Counted from the stretch's first letter, positions 1-12,266 are shown. The stretch: DNA of 28,592 bases from Enoplolaimus lenunculus (GCA_030248215.1 JASANG010003696.1:434001-462592); one strand, 5' to 3'. The notes: generated from the sequence alone by a model not told the origin. Translations and numbers: made by a program.

Positions 1-50
1 TGGAGTCCACACGTCCGCCTTTTTCCTCAGTCCAATCTGCTTTATTCCGG
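1..50 (-). CDS. Candidate exon start running off the left edge
   Basis: Acceptor-like attattttag| at 51-60, followed by GC-richer sequence open in two frames (RNKADWTEEKGGRVDS or GIKQIGLRKKADVWTP). Confidence 0.27.
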
Positions 51-354
51 CTAAAATAATCGTTAACCATTGGCCAACGCTATTTCAAATGCCAACGTTT
101 TGGCCATTTTTTGGTGCTGGTCCTTAAAACCCAAATTGCTCACAATAATTCGGGCCCGTAGCAAGCATAGCGCCAAGAGAATGGCTTCAACATCGCTTTC
201 ATTAAAAATCCTTACATGCTTCTTCCAAATCTTTGTATCCCATCCCAAGCGCGTTGAGCTGGCTACGGGGGGTTTGCGATAAATGCTTGTATAATTCATA
301 ATACATGCTACCAACAACACATATCATCTACAACAACTATAATGAAATATCAAC

Positions 355-450
355 GGGGTTCACACATACTACGACAACAATGAATTTCAACCGCGGTGGC
401 TCGAGGGGGTTCACACAGAATAAGACAACAATGAACATCCACCGCGGTGG
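355..450. repeat. Two-copy diverged tandem duplication (period 51)
   Basis: ggggttcacaca...gacaacaatgaa...accgcggtgg occurs twice. Confidence 0.8.
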
Positions 451-671
451 GACGGTGCCATATTGAATCGGGCGATAGAGTGAATATATTCGTTCCCGAA
501 ATTTTTGTGGTAAAATACGAAAAATCGCTTTTAACAGACTTTAAAATAACATTGTTGATTATGGAAATCAAAAAATTTACTATTCAGAAAGTTTATACTC
601 TTCCGAACTGAACTCGTGACGTGGCCTTTGTTCAACGGTAACAAACGGACGTCATCATAATTAAAACGATC

Positions 672-908
672 ACACAACGTGAGCAACAAACACAACTACA
701 ACACTAACCACAACAACACAAAACAAAACGAAACAAATCAACAAACAAACAACCAAACAACCAACCAACCAACCAACCAACCAACCAAACAAACAATCAA
801 ACAAACAATCAAACAAACAATCAAACAAGCAATCAATCAAACAAACAAACAAACAAACAAAAACAATAAACAAAACGGCATCTACACCCCCCACAACAAC
901 TAAAACAA
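672..908. repeat. Compound (CAAA/CAAC/CAAT)n microsatellite
   Basis: Direct reading of the sequence. Confidence 0.95.
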
Positions 909-1244
909 CGGCTCTTGTACATACCCCCCGACAGTATCTGTATCTCAAAATTTTGAGTAATTTGTCATAAGTTAGGCTTAGACTTACTTCACTTTTTATC
1001 AGGAATTGGTTAAAATAATTTCGACTAAGATTCACGCTTAGCGTTCATCTAGCAGTCAAATCAGGTTAACATTTTCGCTTGCGGTAGGAGTGTATACAAT
1101 ATAGCCTTATACAAACAAAACCAATAACCAAGAAACTGCGTTTGGTTCTGGTTGGAGCACATGAATACCTACGTGAGTCGCACAACAACAAGCAAATGAC
1201 ATGAGCCACTTTTAGCTGTCTCAGCTTAGTCAGTCAAAAATGTC

Positions 1245-1575
1245 ATATATACATATATTTGTATGTGCTTAAATATGTACATATATATGGTTATATATAG
1301 AAATATAATTATTTACATATGTAAATATATATTACTTATATATACATACATATATACTTCTATAAAAACACATGTATATACATATACACATGTATGTGTT
1401 TGTGTTTGATAAAGACCCATTCATGACTTACCCGAACCGTGAGCCCAAAGTGAGCTTATATATGGTATATGTCAATACATACGTAATGTATATAAAATAT
1501 GTATATATGTGTACATAGCAATATGTACATGTATGTAACATGTATATATGTGTATATGTGTGTATGTATATGTTT
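1245..1575. repeat. Degenerate TA/TATG/TACA low-complexity tracts
   Basis: Direct reading; interrupted near 1405-1455. Confidence 0.85.
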
Positions 1576-1805
1576 ATTATTGTATCACAATGGGAATGTA
1601 TACATTTCACGTGTTCGTAATGTCGAAATGGCCCAATTCTGGTATATCAGCTACATTGCAGGCAGGATTGATATGTGCCGTTACACAATTATATATAGAG
1701 AAGCATAAAAATGCTATACCGTATTAAATTCATACAAACAGGCAAAAAGGCAAACGCTATTAGATAAAAGAGGCTTTGTATGAACAGCGCCATGTCGGTG
1801 TTTAA

Positions 1806-2040
1806 AGCCCTATTCACACAAGTTTTTGGTAAGAGAATTTTCAACTGCAACTTGCACTGGCAAGTTTTGCCCAAAATCTCATTCGATACGCTTGCCGCCG
1901 CAAATAATTCATTAAAAATCATAAATGTCACTGAATTTATTGCAGCCGCATTCTCATTGGCTGATGAAAAATGCCTAGTTTTGCGTGCAATTTACAGCTG
2001 CAAATTATCACAGCAAAAATACGCACGTGTGAATAGGGCT
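1806..2040. mobile_element. PIF/Harbinger-like MITE, family H copy 1
   Basis: TIR agccctattcacac...gtgtgaatagggct flanked by TAA/TTA; internal similarity to 6935 and 18659. Confidence 0.82.
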
Positions 2041-2647
2041 TTATCAATAATGTGGGTCCATATAAACCAATTTCATAGCTATAAATTCATGTAACCCATT
2101 TGTTGCTTGAAGAGCAAGAATTCAAACGCAATTTTAGTACTGAATGTCAGTGTTTTCGGATCTGTTAAAAGTCGCGCAATTCTCATACAAAACAATTACC
2201 AACAGTCATAATAGCAAACTAGTCAAATTTGTTGCAATATTTATCAACCGAAGCTAACATTTTTCTATAGCAAATATGCCAAAACGCAACTAAAACATCG
2301 TATAGAACGATGTATAAATTAAATCTACACAATGTGCTGTTTAGAACTATAAAGATTTAGTGTATATTAATTTGCATGCGTATACGAAATTAGCTGGAAT
2401 AGTAACCAGAATGCAATATCAAAAAACGGCCACTATTACTTTGAGGGGCATAGCTGTCGTCAAACAATCCTAAACCAAAGTTTCAGTGCAAGCATAAACC
2501 TTATGGGCCGAGAAAACCACAACATTCCATGCCTTAATTGAATACAAAACTAAAACAAAAATATTCCTATCAAACCAAATATGAATCGAATGCTTAGTGA
2601 AATATACTAAAACTTTGACAAACACTCTGCTTCTAGCATAATATTAT

Positions 2648-2812
2648 CAGGCTCGACCGTAGCCAGCTCACCTTACCAGAGGGAGCTAAAAAATTTTTCA
2701 GGACGGGCACACAAGTGTTTGCGATGGCTTACAAGCAAAGTTGACAATTTTCTAAGGGGAACAACATTATTATAGGGGGACTGAGCGCCCCGTGGGCCCC
2801 ACATTCTAGTCC
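2648..2812. mobile_element. Degenerate family A MITE (further partial copies near 7905-8056, 9355-9515 and 16970-17015)
   Basis: Shares ccgtagccagctcacctt...gctaaaaaattt...acaagcaaagttga core with 3801 and 12650; ends approximate. Confidence 0.65.
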
Positions 2813-3208
2813 GTATATGATCTGTACTGCACCGTGAACAATATTGAAAACAATATTAGCGTATGTATTTCTAAAACTCAACAGTAGTAGTATCATTTCA
2901 GCTACATTAGCTATCTACCGCAGTCTCTCTAATGAGCCCGTTAGTAACGGATAATTTGGCCCTCGGGAAATGGTGCCACGCATGCAGGCCAGCATGAACC
3001 TTTTCAAGCGAAATTAAGTATATAAATCGAGGCATTGGGGGTATAAATATATACGTATAACAGGGACGTAGAAGGCGTTTCATTTAGGCTGAAACTAATC
3101 TCATATAAACGAAACGTTTTTCGAACTCAATAGGAAAGTTACACTCGAAATCATATTTACACAGCTTTTTGTTGTCTTTGTTCAAATTTTGGAAGTATAT
3201 GTAGAAAT

Positions 3209-3669
3209 CAGGGTTCAACCGGAATTCCTGTTCCGGCCGCAATTCCTGCATTAATTCAATTTCTGTTCCTGTTCGTGCATTTAAAGATGCAGGAACCGGA
3301 ACATTTACGGTTTTGTGTCAAATTATTCATAATCATTTAAATATTCTTCGCAAAACTTGATATACAAATTCATACATTTATACGTATATCAAACTATAAT
3401 GGTCCATGTTAATTATAGGGGAAGGCAGACCGTCGGATTAAAATTTGGATTAGGTTTATGGTCAGACTTGCGCTTAGACTTAGGTTTACGCGTAGGCTTA
3501 AATTTAATATCCGTAATTCAAAGCTTTACCTAAAAATTATTTCAAATCTTAAACTTATTCTATTCGAGTAGGTACGGAAAAATGGGACAACCGTAAAACT
3601 AACATATGCTGGTACCAGGATGCAACGGGAATTAAAATTTACCGAAATCGGAATTCCGGTTGCTCCCTG
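3209..3669. mobile_element. TIR element with ACCGGAATTCC termini (related fragments near 16485, 18090-18266, 21059-21165, 25186-25254, 28407-28475)
   Basis: cagggttcaaccggaattcc...ggaattccggttgctccctg inverted ends; no TSD visible. Confidence 0.6.
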
Positions 3670-3800
3670 TCTGGCACTGTTATGAATTTCTGGATCATCC
3701 ACTTATAATGAATGCAATGACGGTCAAAACTCAACTACGAAGCAACAACCTTTCCGCTCAATCTGAGCCCAGTCTGCTCAACTTAAGCTTCAGCCTTATG

Positions 3801-3954
3801 CAGGCCCGTAGCCAGCTCACCTTGCCAGAGGGCTAAAAAATTTTCAGCAGGGGCGTTCAAGGGTTTTTAATGATTTGCAAGCAAATTTGAAAATTTTCTA
3901 GGGGTGCCAAAATTTGTCTACTGGGGCTAAGTGCCCCCCGGGGCTATGGGCCCG
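3801..3954. mobile_element. hAT-like MITE, family A
   Basis: caggcccgtagccag...ggctatgggcccg TIRs; degenerate 8-bp flanks (5/8). Confidence 0.72.
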
Positions 3955-4220
3955 ATCTTGTGACCCATATGCTAAAATGTGGCCCCGTTCAGAATGCAAA
4001 CGTGATCAATCATTTCTCTTCAGTTTCAAATCGAATTCAACTTCAACAAAAAACAACTAAACAAGCAAAAAAACTAACGTCAAATTAACAGTAAAAAATT
4101 CAAGTATTTGAGGTATTTTAAACTCGATATGCGTGTAGTAGTCATATGAAAAACTCGACAGTTCAAAATATATTTATCGATACCAGGACCGTATACATTT
4201 TAAAATAGATGGAATATACT

Positions 4221-4385
4221 CGGGCCCGCAGCCAAGGGACCACCAAGAGAAGCTCAGTCCTCCTGCAACAATTTTGTGCCTTATGAACCATTTTCAAGCT
4301 TACACGTAAGTCATCGAAAACCATTCTATGCCCCCCTCCTAAAAATGTTTAGTCCCGATATCAAGGTGACCTGGCTACGAGTTTG
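4221..4385. mobile_element. hAT-like MITE, family A
   Basis: cgggcccgcagcca...tggctacgagtttg; TSD aatatact/gatatact (7/8). Confidence 0.75.
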
Positions 4386-5055
4386 GATATACTATTGTCG
4401 TAATTTAGGTGGAGAGCCAAGAAAGAAAACGGTTTTTATATTATATTTATATATTATATATAATATATATTATATACTCAAATGAAATCATTTTTTGTTT
4501 ATTTGTAAATATTAATTTTTAATCAGTTTTAACTTCTTATTCCTTTCCGAATGTTATATAAATTCAAAGATAACGATTTTCGCAAAAGTAAATTTGTTAA
4601 TTCGTCAAGTAATCAATTATTTACATAATGCAAGGTGTATGCGATAATAGTCTGCAACATTTTGTCGAGTCAACGTTTATACCTAAAACTCCGCCCTTTT
4701 TGTACATCATTAGCAGTAACAGATTCAAGATTTTCCGACGCCGCGCGCCGGGCATCCGTGCAGAAAATTATATTTGAGAAAAGAGGGTGTACGGCATAAT
4801 TCTGGGGTGTCCCTATAATTGCAATAATTGAACATTGTTTACTTTTAGATCGAGTCTATTCGGAGGGGCAGCAGCAGAATTTGGGGGGGGTGGGTATCCC
4901 ACAGCATCCGCTACAGATCACAAAACAAAATCTACCATAAGGGCTTATTATCCGAAAGAATCACTCGTCAAACGTAAAACTCAGTTTTAAAATTCTAACT
5001 GCGTCCTCCGATTTAGTACCCGGTTCTTAGTTCTACTAGGGCTATGAAATATATA

Positions 5056-5353
5056 TTAGAGCTGTCCCGCGGCCAGGATTTTTGCCGGGGGAAATGCGGC
5101 CGGGGCTAAGATTATTGCTTGCTAAAATATAAACCCATGTCATAAAAACGCTCGAAAAATACATATTTATACGTATAGAAAGCGAGATAAATCGCTTGAA
5201 GTGTCAGCGTCACATACGATGCTGTTTTCAAAATCATAGAGCTGATATTAAAATCACGGTTTGAATTAATTTTTATAGACAACAATGGGATACGAGTGAA
5301 ACAGTAAAAAAATTCATAAATTGTTTATTATTTCGGCCCCGGGACAGCTCTAA
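5056..5353. mobile_element. MITE-like element in TA-rich site
   Basis: ttagagctgtcccgcggcc...ggccccgggacagctctaa inverted termini with ATAT flanks. Confidence 0.65.
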
Positions 5354-6136
5354 TATATTTCCAGGGCAATGATATATATACATATATATAAAATAAAACA
5401 TACAAAGCGAAAAGCAACAATATCAAATAGAATGAAGTCAAAATTAAGCTATTCTCAGGCTACAATACATCATTATATACACTGGTTTCAAACGTACAAA
5501 ATCTAGACACATAGTATGATCTAAGTACTAGTGCCAGCAAAATGGTGTATGCCAGGCCAAGCGGCCCAAAAAGGGGATAGAGAACCCTCTAAAATTTGAG
5601 TAATCACAACAAATGTCCTTTTGATACGTTTTGGATTAACCTTTTGGAACCTAAAAGTTGACAAAAAATTTCTAGCTATGTACGCTTGCTCGCAAATTAT
5701 TTTAACATGAAATATTCTCTCGCGAAATAAAATCTTGGCTACTACGCGTCTAAAACCCGAGTACACTCACATTGGCGTATATGGTTCCAAATATAGGCAG
5801 GCATAAAGTCTTACGGTCTCGTACAGCCGTGCCCAATTGTGTACGCCACTATGCGCTGTCGTGGTGGTGGTGGTGGTTTTAGTAGACGCGTAGCCAGAAT
5901 TTCAATTCGAGACAGGGTCTTATGCAAAACGTTTTTTGCGAACGAACGTAGCGAGCGAGAAAATTTTGATTGTGATAACTGAAAAGATACAGTTGATTAT
6001 TCTGAACCATGTTTAAAAGTAACACTTTTTCTTGGTTCTTCACAAATTTCCGGTGGGATGTATAATCCTCTATCGGTCAACTTGTACACACATCCTGTTG
6101 TGTTTATACCAAAAATAAAGACTCTTATATGTGCTG

Positions 6137-6350
6137 ATATGTATATATATGTATATGTATATATATGTATATATATGTATTTGTATATATATATACATAT
6201 ACATATATATACATATACATGCATATATATGTATATATTTGTATATGTATATATGTATATATATGTATATATATGTATATATACATATACATATATATAC
6301 ATATATATACATTTATATACATACATATATATACATATATATACATATAT
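6137..6350. repeat. TA-rich microsatellite with alternating TATG and TACA blocks
   Basis: Direct reading; source of the YIYI-type ORFs. Confidence 0.95.
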
Positions 6351-6465
6351 AACGCAAAATGTCCCATGGAACGGTAAAAACAGCCAAATACAGAATTGAT
6401 TTAGCGACCGGTAGTTGCAATAGCAATTAAAATATGCAAAATCTCGCGCGGCCATGTGTACCCAC

Positions 6466-6509
6466 ATGAAGTTCACTGAGGGACCGGGTGGTTGTCCAAT
6501 TCGAATCAT
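6466..6509 (-). CDS. Candidate 44-nt micro-exon (speculative)
   Basis: ttattgtccag|ATGATTCG...CTTCAT|gtgggt. Phase 0-2 would link exon 10916 to the candidate exon at 50 in frame. No homology recognised. Confidence 0.22.
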
Positions 6510-6800
6510 CTGGACAATAATTTATGCTGCGGATAAATAAAATTTCAAAACATCGCCTGTTTCCTTAAATACGACGGACGCCCCACCGATTGACACTGTC
6601 TACGAATACCCTTGCCAGTGGTTCACAAATACACGTGTATACATACGAATGAAGCCAAATAAAAGCTGATTTTAGGCTTATATGTAGCAATAATTAAGTA
6701 GAAGTTGTAGGTAACTCAAATCAGTGATTGAGGCGATAACAATGTCGAATAGACGTTGAATAGTAAGTATGGTAACGTTTCCAACATATAAACATATACA

Positions 6801-6919
6801 CAAAATGTCGCGTGACAAGGTAGCCAACAATTATTTATATATGCAAAATGTTGCGTGACAAGGTAGCCAATAGATACGTATACATGAGCGCAAAATGTCA
6901 CGTGGCAACGCAGCCAACA
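6801..6919. repeat. Three-copy short repeat CAAAATGTYRCGTGRCAA.G.AGCCAA
   Basis: Copies start at 6801, 6844 and 6891 with AT-rich variable linkers. Confidence 0.8.
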
Positions 6920-6934
6920 CACGGAACAATGTTA

Positions 6935-7210
6935 AGCTGTATTCACACGTGCAAGTTTTTGCTGTAAGAACTTACAACTGCAACTTGCACTTGCAAGTTT
7001 TGTCCAAAATTCCGTTCGAAAAACTTGCAGCTGCAAATGAATCATTAAAAAATCATAGCTAGGAATTTAGTTCACATGTGTGAATAACCATGCAAGTTCA
7101 CTGAATTTATTGCAGCCGCTTTCTCATTGGCTGATGCAAAAATGCAAGTTCTGCGTGCAATTTGCAGCTGAAAATTCTCGCAGCAAAAACTTGGACGTGT
7201 GCATAGGGCG
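6935..7210. mobile_element. PIF/Harbinger-like MITE, family H copy 2
   Basis: agctgtattcacacgtgcaagtttttgctg...cagcaaaaacttggacgtgtgcatagggcg; TTA/TAA flanks. Confidence 0.82.
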
Positions 7211-8105
7211 TAACATAAATAAGATCTTGAAGTCTTGTGCAACATAAAAGTATACACGATGTGGAATATATTTGATCCGGAACTAATATACTGAACATCC
7301 ATTGCAAATCTGGTATATTTACCACGTATTTCTGACTCCGTCTATGTGCTCGTCAAGTTTTAGAGTTGAATAATCAAAGATCATACGACGCGTTAGTTCA
7401 AATATGCAAAAAATTTCAAAATCGGACCAATTTTGGGCACACATCGAACAAGTGAATAACTAAAAAAAACACCTCTTAATGCGTCTATAGTCGCATGTGT
7501 GCGTGTTTTTCTTCATTATGTGAGTGTTCGTGTACACTTGACTAACGCGTGTACTCGCGTATCAGACACGACACTCACGTGTTACACTTGACAAACACTC
7601 ATGAAGGAAAAAATGCACAACCACACACACAGGCGTCGCTGACTGATATGTTGACTTTTATATTTAAATATTACATAGCTAGATAGTTCGAAATATAGCC
7701 GATATCGAATTCAAGGCACAGAAATATAGCCGGTAGAATAGAAGCCGCCGAATATCTTCTGAAGCAGGGGACCTCCATAAAACATGGAACAGAAAAAACA
7801 GCGTGGGTGTTCGTTCAGAAATTTCTGACCGGGAAGCGTTGCATATAACTTTCGCTGAATCAATCGCAACCGAACCTCTAATATAACGACCCACCAACGT
7901 GCCAGCTGCCAAGGGCGGCGGCAGGGGGGGCTGTGCGGACAAATTTTGGTCCTTCTAGAAAATTTTCAACCTTGCTTGTAAGTCAAACTAAAACCTTTGC
8001 ATGACTCTACTGAAAATTTTTTCAGCCTTGTAGCAAGGTGTGCTGGCTACACGCGTGTCGCCGAAGGGCATTGGCCAGGGCTTACCTCAACATTGAAAAT
8101 GCAAA

Positions 8106-8150
8106 AATATTCGCGACCCCTGTAAAAGAATATTCGCGACCCCTGTAAAA
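8106..8150. repeat. Tandem duplication (period 23)
   Basis: aatattcgcgacccctgtaaaa occurs twice. Confidence 0.9.
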
Positions 8151-9552
8151 CAAATGCTACGATTGGTTGAAGCATTTTCAGTCCGAGCAGTACGTACTCA
8201 ATGTCAACCAATTTCATGTTTAAAATATAAACAAACCTAAAACTAACGCGGATAAGCCTAAGCCAAAGCCTAAGCCGAAGCGTAAGTTTTGTGACGAAAA
8301 CTATAGAAAACACCTAAAAAATACAGTTTCTACCCTCGTAGCTACAGCTTCTTTGGGCTTGAGGGGTTACTGATAAAGTTTAACAGTGGAGCCATCTCAT
8401 TTACACTTATTCATGCTTGCTAACACCCCAGGTCTACCAATAGAACCAAAATCTTTTTAAGGGGGGGTGGGTGGTTGGGGCTTAGGCCAGTCAGACCCCC
8501 CCTGGATCCGGGCTCATGTTGTTACAAGTTAGGATACGGCTATATTTTAATAAATATAGTCCGTCCTGTGCTGTTTGTCGCCGCACGTCATTCAATCAAT
8601 CGTATTGTGCGCAAGCAACTCGCACGTACAATACTGTACGATGTCGGATGCTTACGCACAACACCGTACGGCGACAAACGACACAGCACAAGTATAACGC
8701 CACCCTTACGACGACTCATAAAAGTGTCAAATGTTTCGATTATACAACCGCAGCCAACGTTTGCCCAAAAATGGTTCGATTTTGAAAATTTTTTTTGAAG
8801 CATTCAAACATGCATAGGATACATGATAAATAGCTTATACTCGTGATCAAATCAATACGTTGAGACACTCTACTCAAAAACGTATCAAAAACGACCGAAT
8901 TGCGTGTAAGAAATGGTATCAGAGTTGTATAAATATCTAAAATGCACATACCGACGGTAACTTCAACTACTGAAGCAACCGTTGATCAACTAAAAACGTG
9001 TTTCAGATCAAAAATATTCCGACAAAACAAACCGGCTAATATCGTGATAACACTGCTGGCAAGCATATATCATTTTAGACCCAGTATAGTTTTTAAATGT
9101 GTATAGCATTTATCACCAGTTGTTGGTTATACGTCTTGTAACTTTGCAACTACTGAACGATGAGCTTCGAAAATTGGCACATCTTAGGCAATGATTTGAG
9201 GAGAGTTTTTCACTACGATCCTGATTTATACAACTGTGACCATTTAAACAATGCTGAAATTGACGAATTTGGTGGGACCAAAAAATTTCCGATAAAAGGA
9301 CCACGTTTTTTACATGCGGTCCCGAAATTGGAATCCTGGCCACGCTCATCCAAGAGGAAGGCCAGGAGGGGTGGAAGTTTAGCTCGCCCTGGTAAAATTT
9401 TGCCGTCCACCTGGTAAATTTTTAACCTTGCTTGTAAGTCAATGAAAACCTTTGTATGCCCCTCCTGAACAATTTTTAGCCCCCGCCCCAGCAAGATAAG
9501 CTGACTACGGGCATCTTCCTAATCCTTTTTAAAACTAATTTTAATTGGTTAC

Positions 9553-9979
9553 TCAACAAGGATAACCACTATTTTCTGTAATGTCATCAAAAAAATTCGC
9601 TACCATCATACCATCCGTATAGCGCTCTTGTAAAAGCCGCCTGCTGATTGGATAGATGTACCTCAATCAAAATCACATGGGACCCACCAATTGGCTGGCC
9701 GCGAACCATTCCATGACTATTTTTCTCATACTTCCACAAATTTCGAAGCGTATCTGTCCTCAGTATTTCTCAGTTGCAGGCCCGTAGCCAGAGATGACCC
9801 AGGGAGCTCAGCCGCTCTTGGAAGAATTTTGCCCCCCACCCACCTAGAAACTTGTCGACCCTAGTAATTCATCAAAAACCCTTCTATGCCATCCTCAACA
9901 ATGTTTAGCCCCCATAGCCAGGCAAGCTGAGTTGCCTACAGGCATGATCAGTTGAACTGAAAACCACAACAATCCTGAA
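9553..9979. repeat. Intronic inverted duplication, copy A
   Basis: Reverse complement of 13673-14107 with scattered substitutions and small indels (above 90% identity by eye); includes a MITE and its flanks. Confidence 0.95.
9777..9946. mobile_element. hAT-like MITE, family A, inside inverted duplication copy A (mirror copy at 13706-13874)
   Basis: caggcccgtagcca...gcctacaggcatg; TSD ctcagttg/atcagttg (7/8). Confidence 0.78.
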
Positions 9980-10915
9980 TGCCAACAGTGTTTCAACGAT
10001 GACAGTAGGGTACAGATGGACAAACCATTAAATGGATATTGGCACGTTGTCTGGTGGATAGGGTTGCTCTTTTACACTTTGGCTCCACATTTACGGGTTA
10101 GGTTCGCGATAAGACTTATAACCTTTGGGTTTAGGGAATCATTTATATACCTGTGCATAAGCCTAAAGCCTAAGCCTAAAGCTATGTAGGCAACAGCCGT
10201 TGGAGTATCACCAAAGATGTGAAGTTGGAAGAATATTTGGTCAAAATCTGCTCTGCTACAATTCGTCAGCCAATAACTTGTCGCCTGGCAACTGTCTGAA
10301 GTCCAAAACCCAAGGTGTACAACAAATTGCCGTGGTCGATGAGACGTCGAGTTACGAGTTTGTTGATCGACGAATCGACGCGATACAAACAGGCATACGG
10401 GATCAACCGGTTGGTCGGTTATTAATCTGGACCACAAGAATAAGGGGTACATCGCCTTACGTGCCGTACTAAACCTGAACCAAGATTAATGGAAAAATGT
10501 ATGTTAACGAACCTACGACAATTCGTCGCTTGACAACTTGTCGTCCAACAGTGTCCTAAAACCTATTAATACATTGAAACATAATCCTATGCGTAATCCT
10601 AAGCCAAGGTCTAATGATGGGCGACGAATTGTCGAGTCGACGAAACTTTGGATCTAAGCCTAAGCCTAAACCTAAGCCTAATCCTGAGTCTAATGTTGTC
10701 AAACGACAAACTGTACTAATACCACCTATATTACCAATTCATTGCTTGAGAGGACAGCACAAGTCCAAAAACTAAGCGAAATATATACTAATTGCAACTT
10801 TCACAATATCATGCATACACCAGGTAACTTTTTGATTGGGTGGTTGACGAAGACATACCGAAACCAATAATAAATCTTAAGCGTCAACTACACTAAAACT
10901 GCGGGGTTCACTTAC

Positions 10916-11212
10916 CGTAGTTTCCGTGTCAGCGCTTGAACATTGATATATCGCTTGTAACCATGCCAACATATCAGTAGAGTCTTGGGCTTGAAATAAA
11001 TGTTCTTCTCCGCCGACAGTTGGGCCTTTTATCAAAGGCCGGCCTGAAGGACCGCCGCCGCCGCCGCTTCCACCACAATCGTCAAGGCCGGATCGTTGGC
11101 TTGCGATGAATACACGAAATACGTGTTTACGTTTAGTATAGTCGTGTGCAATATCCGATAAACAACCAGTGAGCGGAATTTTGATTGCGTTTGATGCGAG
11201 TGAATACTGCAG
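10916..11212 (-). CDS. ARHGAP21/23-like: Internal exon of ARHGAP21/23-like RhoGAP; C-terminal half of PH domain
   Basis: Acceptor ttttttcag| and donor |gtaagt, 297 nt, phase 0-0, open frame: LQYSLASNAIKIPLTGCLSDIAHDYTKRKHVFRVFIASQRSGLDDCGGSGGGGGPSGRPLIKGPTVGGEEHLFQAQDSTDMLAWLQAIYQCSSADTETT. CLxDI..TKRKxVFR and LFQA.D..DMLAW resemble the ARHGAP21/23 PH domain as I recall it. Not in the ORF track (no start codon in this frame). Confidence 0.88.
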
Positions 11213-11680
11213 CTGAAAAAAATAAAAATAACAATAAATAAAATAGTAAAAATCGTTTGTTTATTGACAGCAACGTATAACAGGGAGAAAGGATAGGATG
11301 ATATATCCCTTATCAAATTTTCTGTAAATGCGAGAAACTAACACTTTGATCGGTGTTTGAACACTAAAATTTGTTTAATTTGACTCAGTATTACTATTCT
11401 AAACGATGTGTAGCATATTTTACCAGTTGCAAAAACACTAAAAATCTCCTAAAAGGTGTCAGACCACCAACTATTGTGAAACATTTAACAATACATGAAA
11501 ACCAAATTTGAATTTTTGAAAAATTTAACTTTTCAACGAGATGTCCTATTAACTTCCGATTGTCCAGCTAATTTGAAGCTCAGAATTTGGGGCGTAACGC
11601 CCCAAACCATACGCAAGATGAAACTTTAGTAAACCGTAGTTGTTCAAAGTCAGACTCTGCTTGGAACCAGTTTTGCCTAC

Positions 11681-12266
11681 CTCGTGTGATGCTTTCGGCT
11701 GATCTTTGGTCAAATACAGGACTTGTCGTTCGAGTAACGCCCAAAAATGACGCCAATGCCTCGATTCGCCGTGCTTTCGCGATCCTCTAGGTTGCTTATG
11801 CCACACAGGACCTAGCCGTCTGACGTTCTCAGGTATCCGCCTCGGTAGCCCCATATGAACTCTGTCCACGCTGGTGGTGCTAACTCTAGGCGGGGCTGAT
11901 GACGTGGACGGTTTACCAGAATCCATCGGTTCCGGGGTAGTTGGCTGCGCGAGCGCTGCTCTACTGCCGCCTGGAAGCACGACAGCAGCGCTCGCTGAAG
12001 CTGACGATAGTCTAGTCGCAGCGTCATATTTGCGTAGCGCTGGGTCCGTCGCGGCAACAGTGGTGTCGCCAAATACAACCGGATGCGTCACTGTGCCACA
12101 CGGTACATTGGGAACAGGGATCGATGATCGTACTACAACTGGTGGCAATTCGTTCACACCGTTGCATGTTGCAGTGACCGTGAGTGCAACAGGTGTCTGT
12201 GTAGCGGATCCGGTTGAAGCAGACGGAATACCGGCCCGGATCGGAAGCGACGAAGGTTGATAAATT
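11681..12266 (-). CDS. ARHGAP21/23-like: Internal exon of ARHGAP21/23-like gene; Ser/Thr/Pro/Ala-rich linker plus N-terminal half of PH domain
   Basis: GC-rich island; acceptor tttcag| at 12267 and donor GAG|gtaggc at 11680; 586 nt, phase 2-0. Shares the frame of ORF 11549..12157 and ends ...VRRLGPVWHKQPRGSRKHGESRHWRHFWALLERQVLYLTKDQPKASHE (PH beta1-beta3), joining exon 11212 in frame. Confidence 0.88.

Noticed and set aside
5997..6509. YIYI/ICIC-rich ORFs (also 670-1035, 1428-1708, 22487-22684, 23142-23524)
   Set aside because: Translations of microsatellites.
6801..6919. Mini CRISPR-like repeat-spacer pattern
   Set aside because: Only three degenerate copies with short AT-rich linkers of about 16-20 nt; fits decayed tandem duplication.
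7397..8810. 1.4-kb element bounded by inverted ends at ~7400-7440 and ~8760-8800
   Set aside because: Similarity is short and recurs at ~14377-14420, so these look like independent fragments of a dispersed repeat; no TSD or transposase.
10916..11212. Beta-spectrin or PSD/EFA6 assignment of the PH domain (DYTKRKHVF resembles both)
   Set aside because: The upstream RRSSYLLA exon and the LFQAxDxxDMLAW helix fit ARHGAP21/23 better, and no spectrin repeats or Sec7 domain precede it. Not verified by search.
11874..12260. 128-aa + strand ORF and other ORFs overlapping the exons
   Set aside because: Antisense or alternate-frame shadows of GC-rich minus-strand exons.
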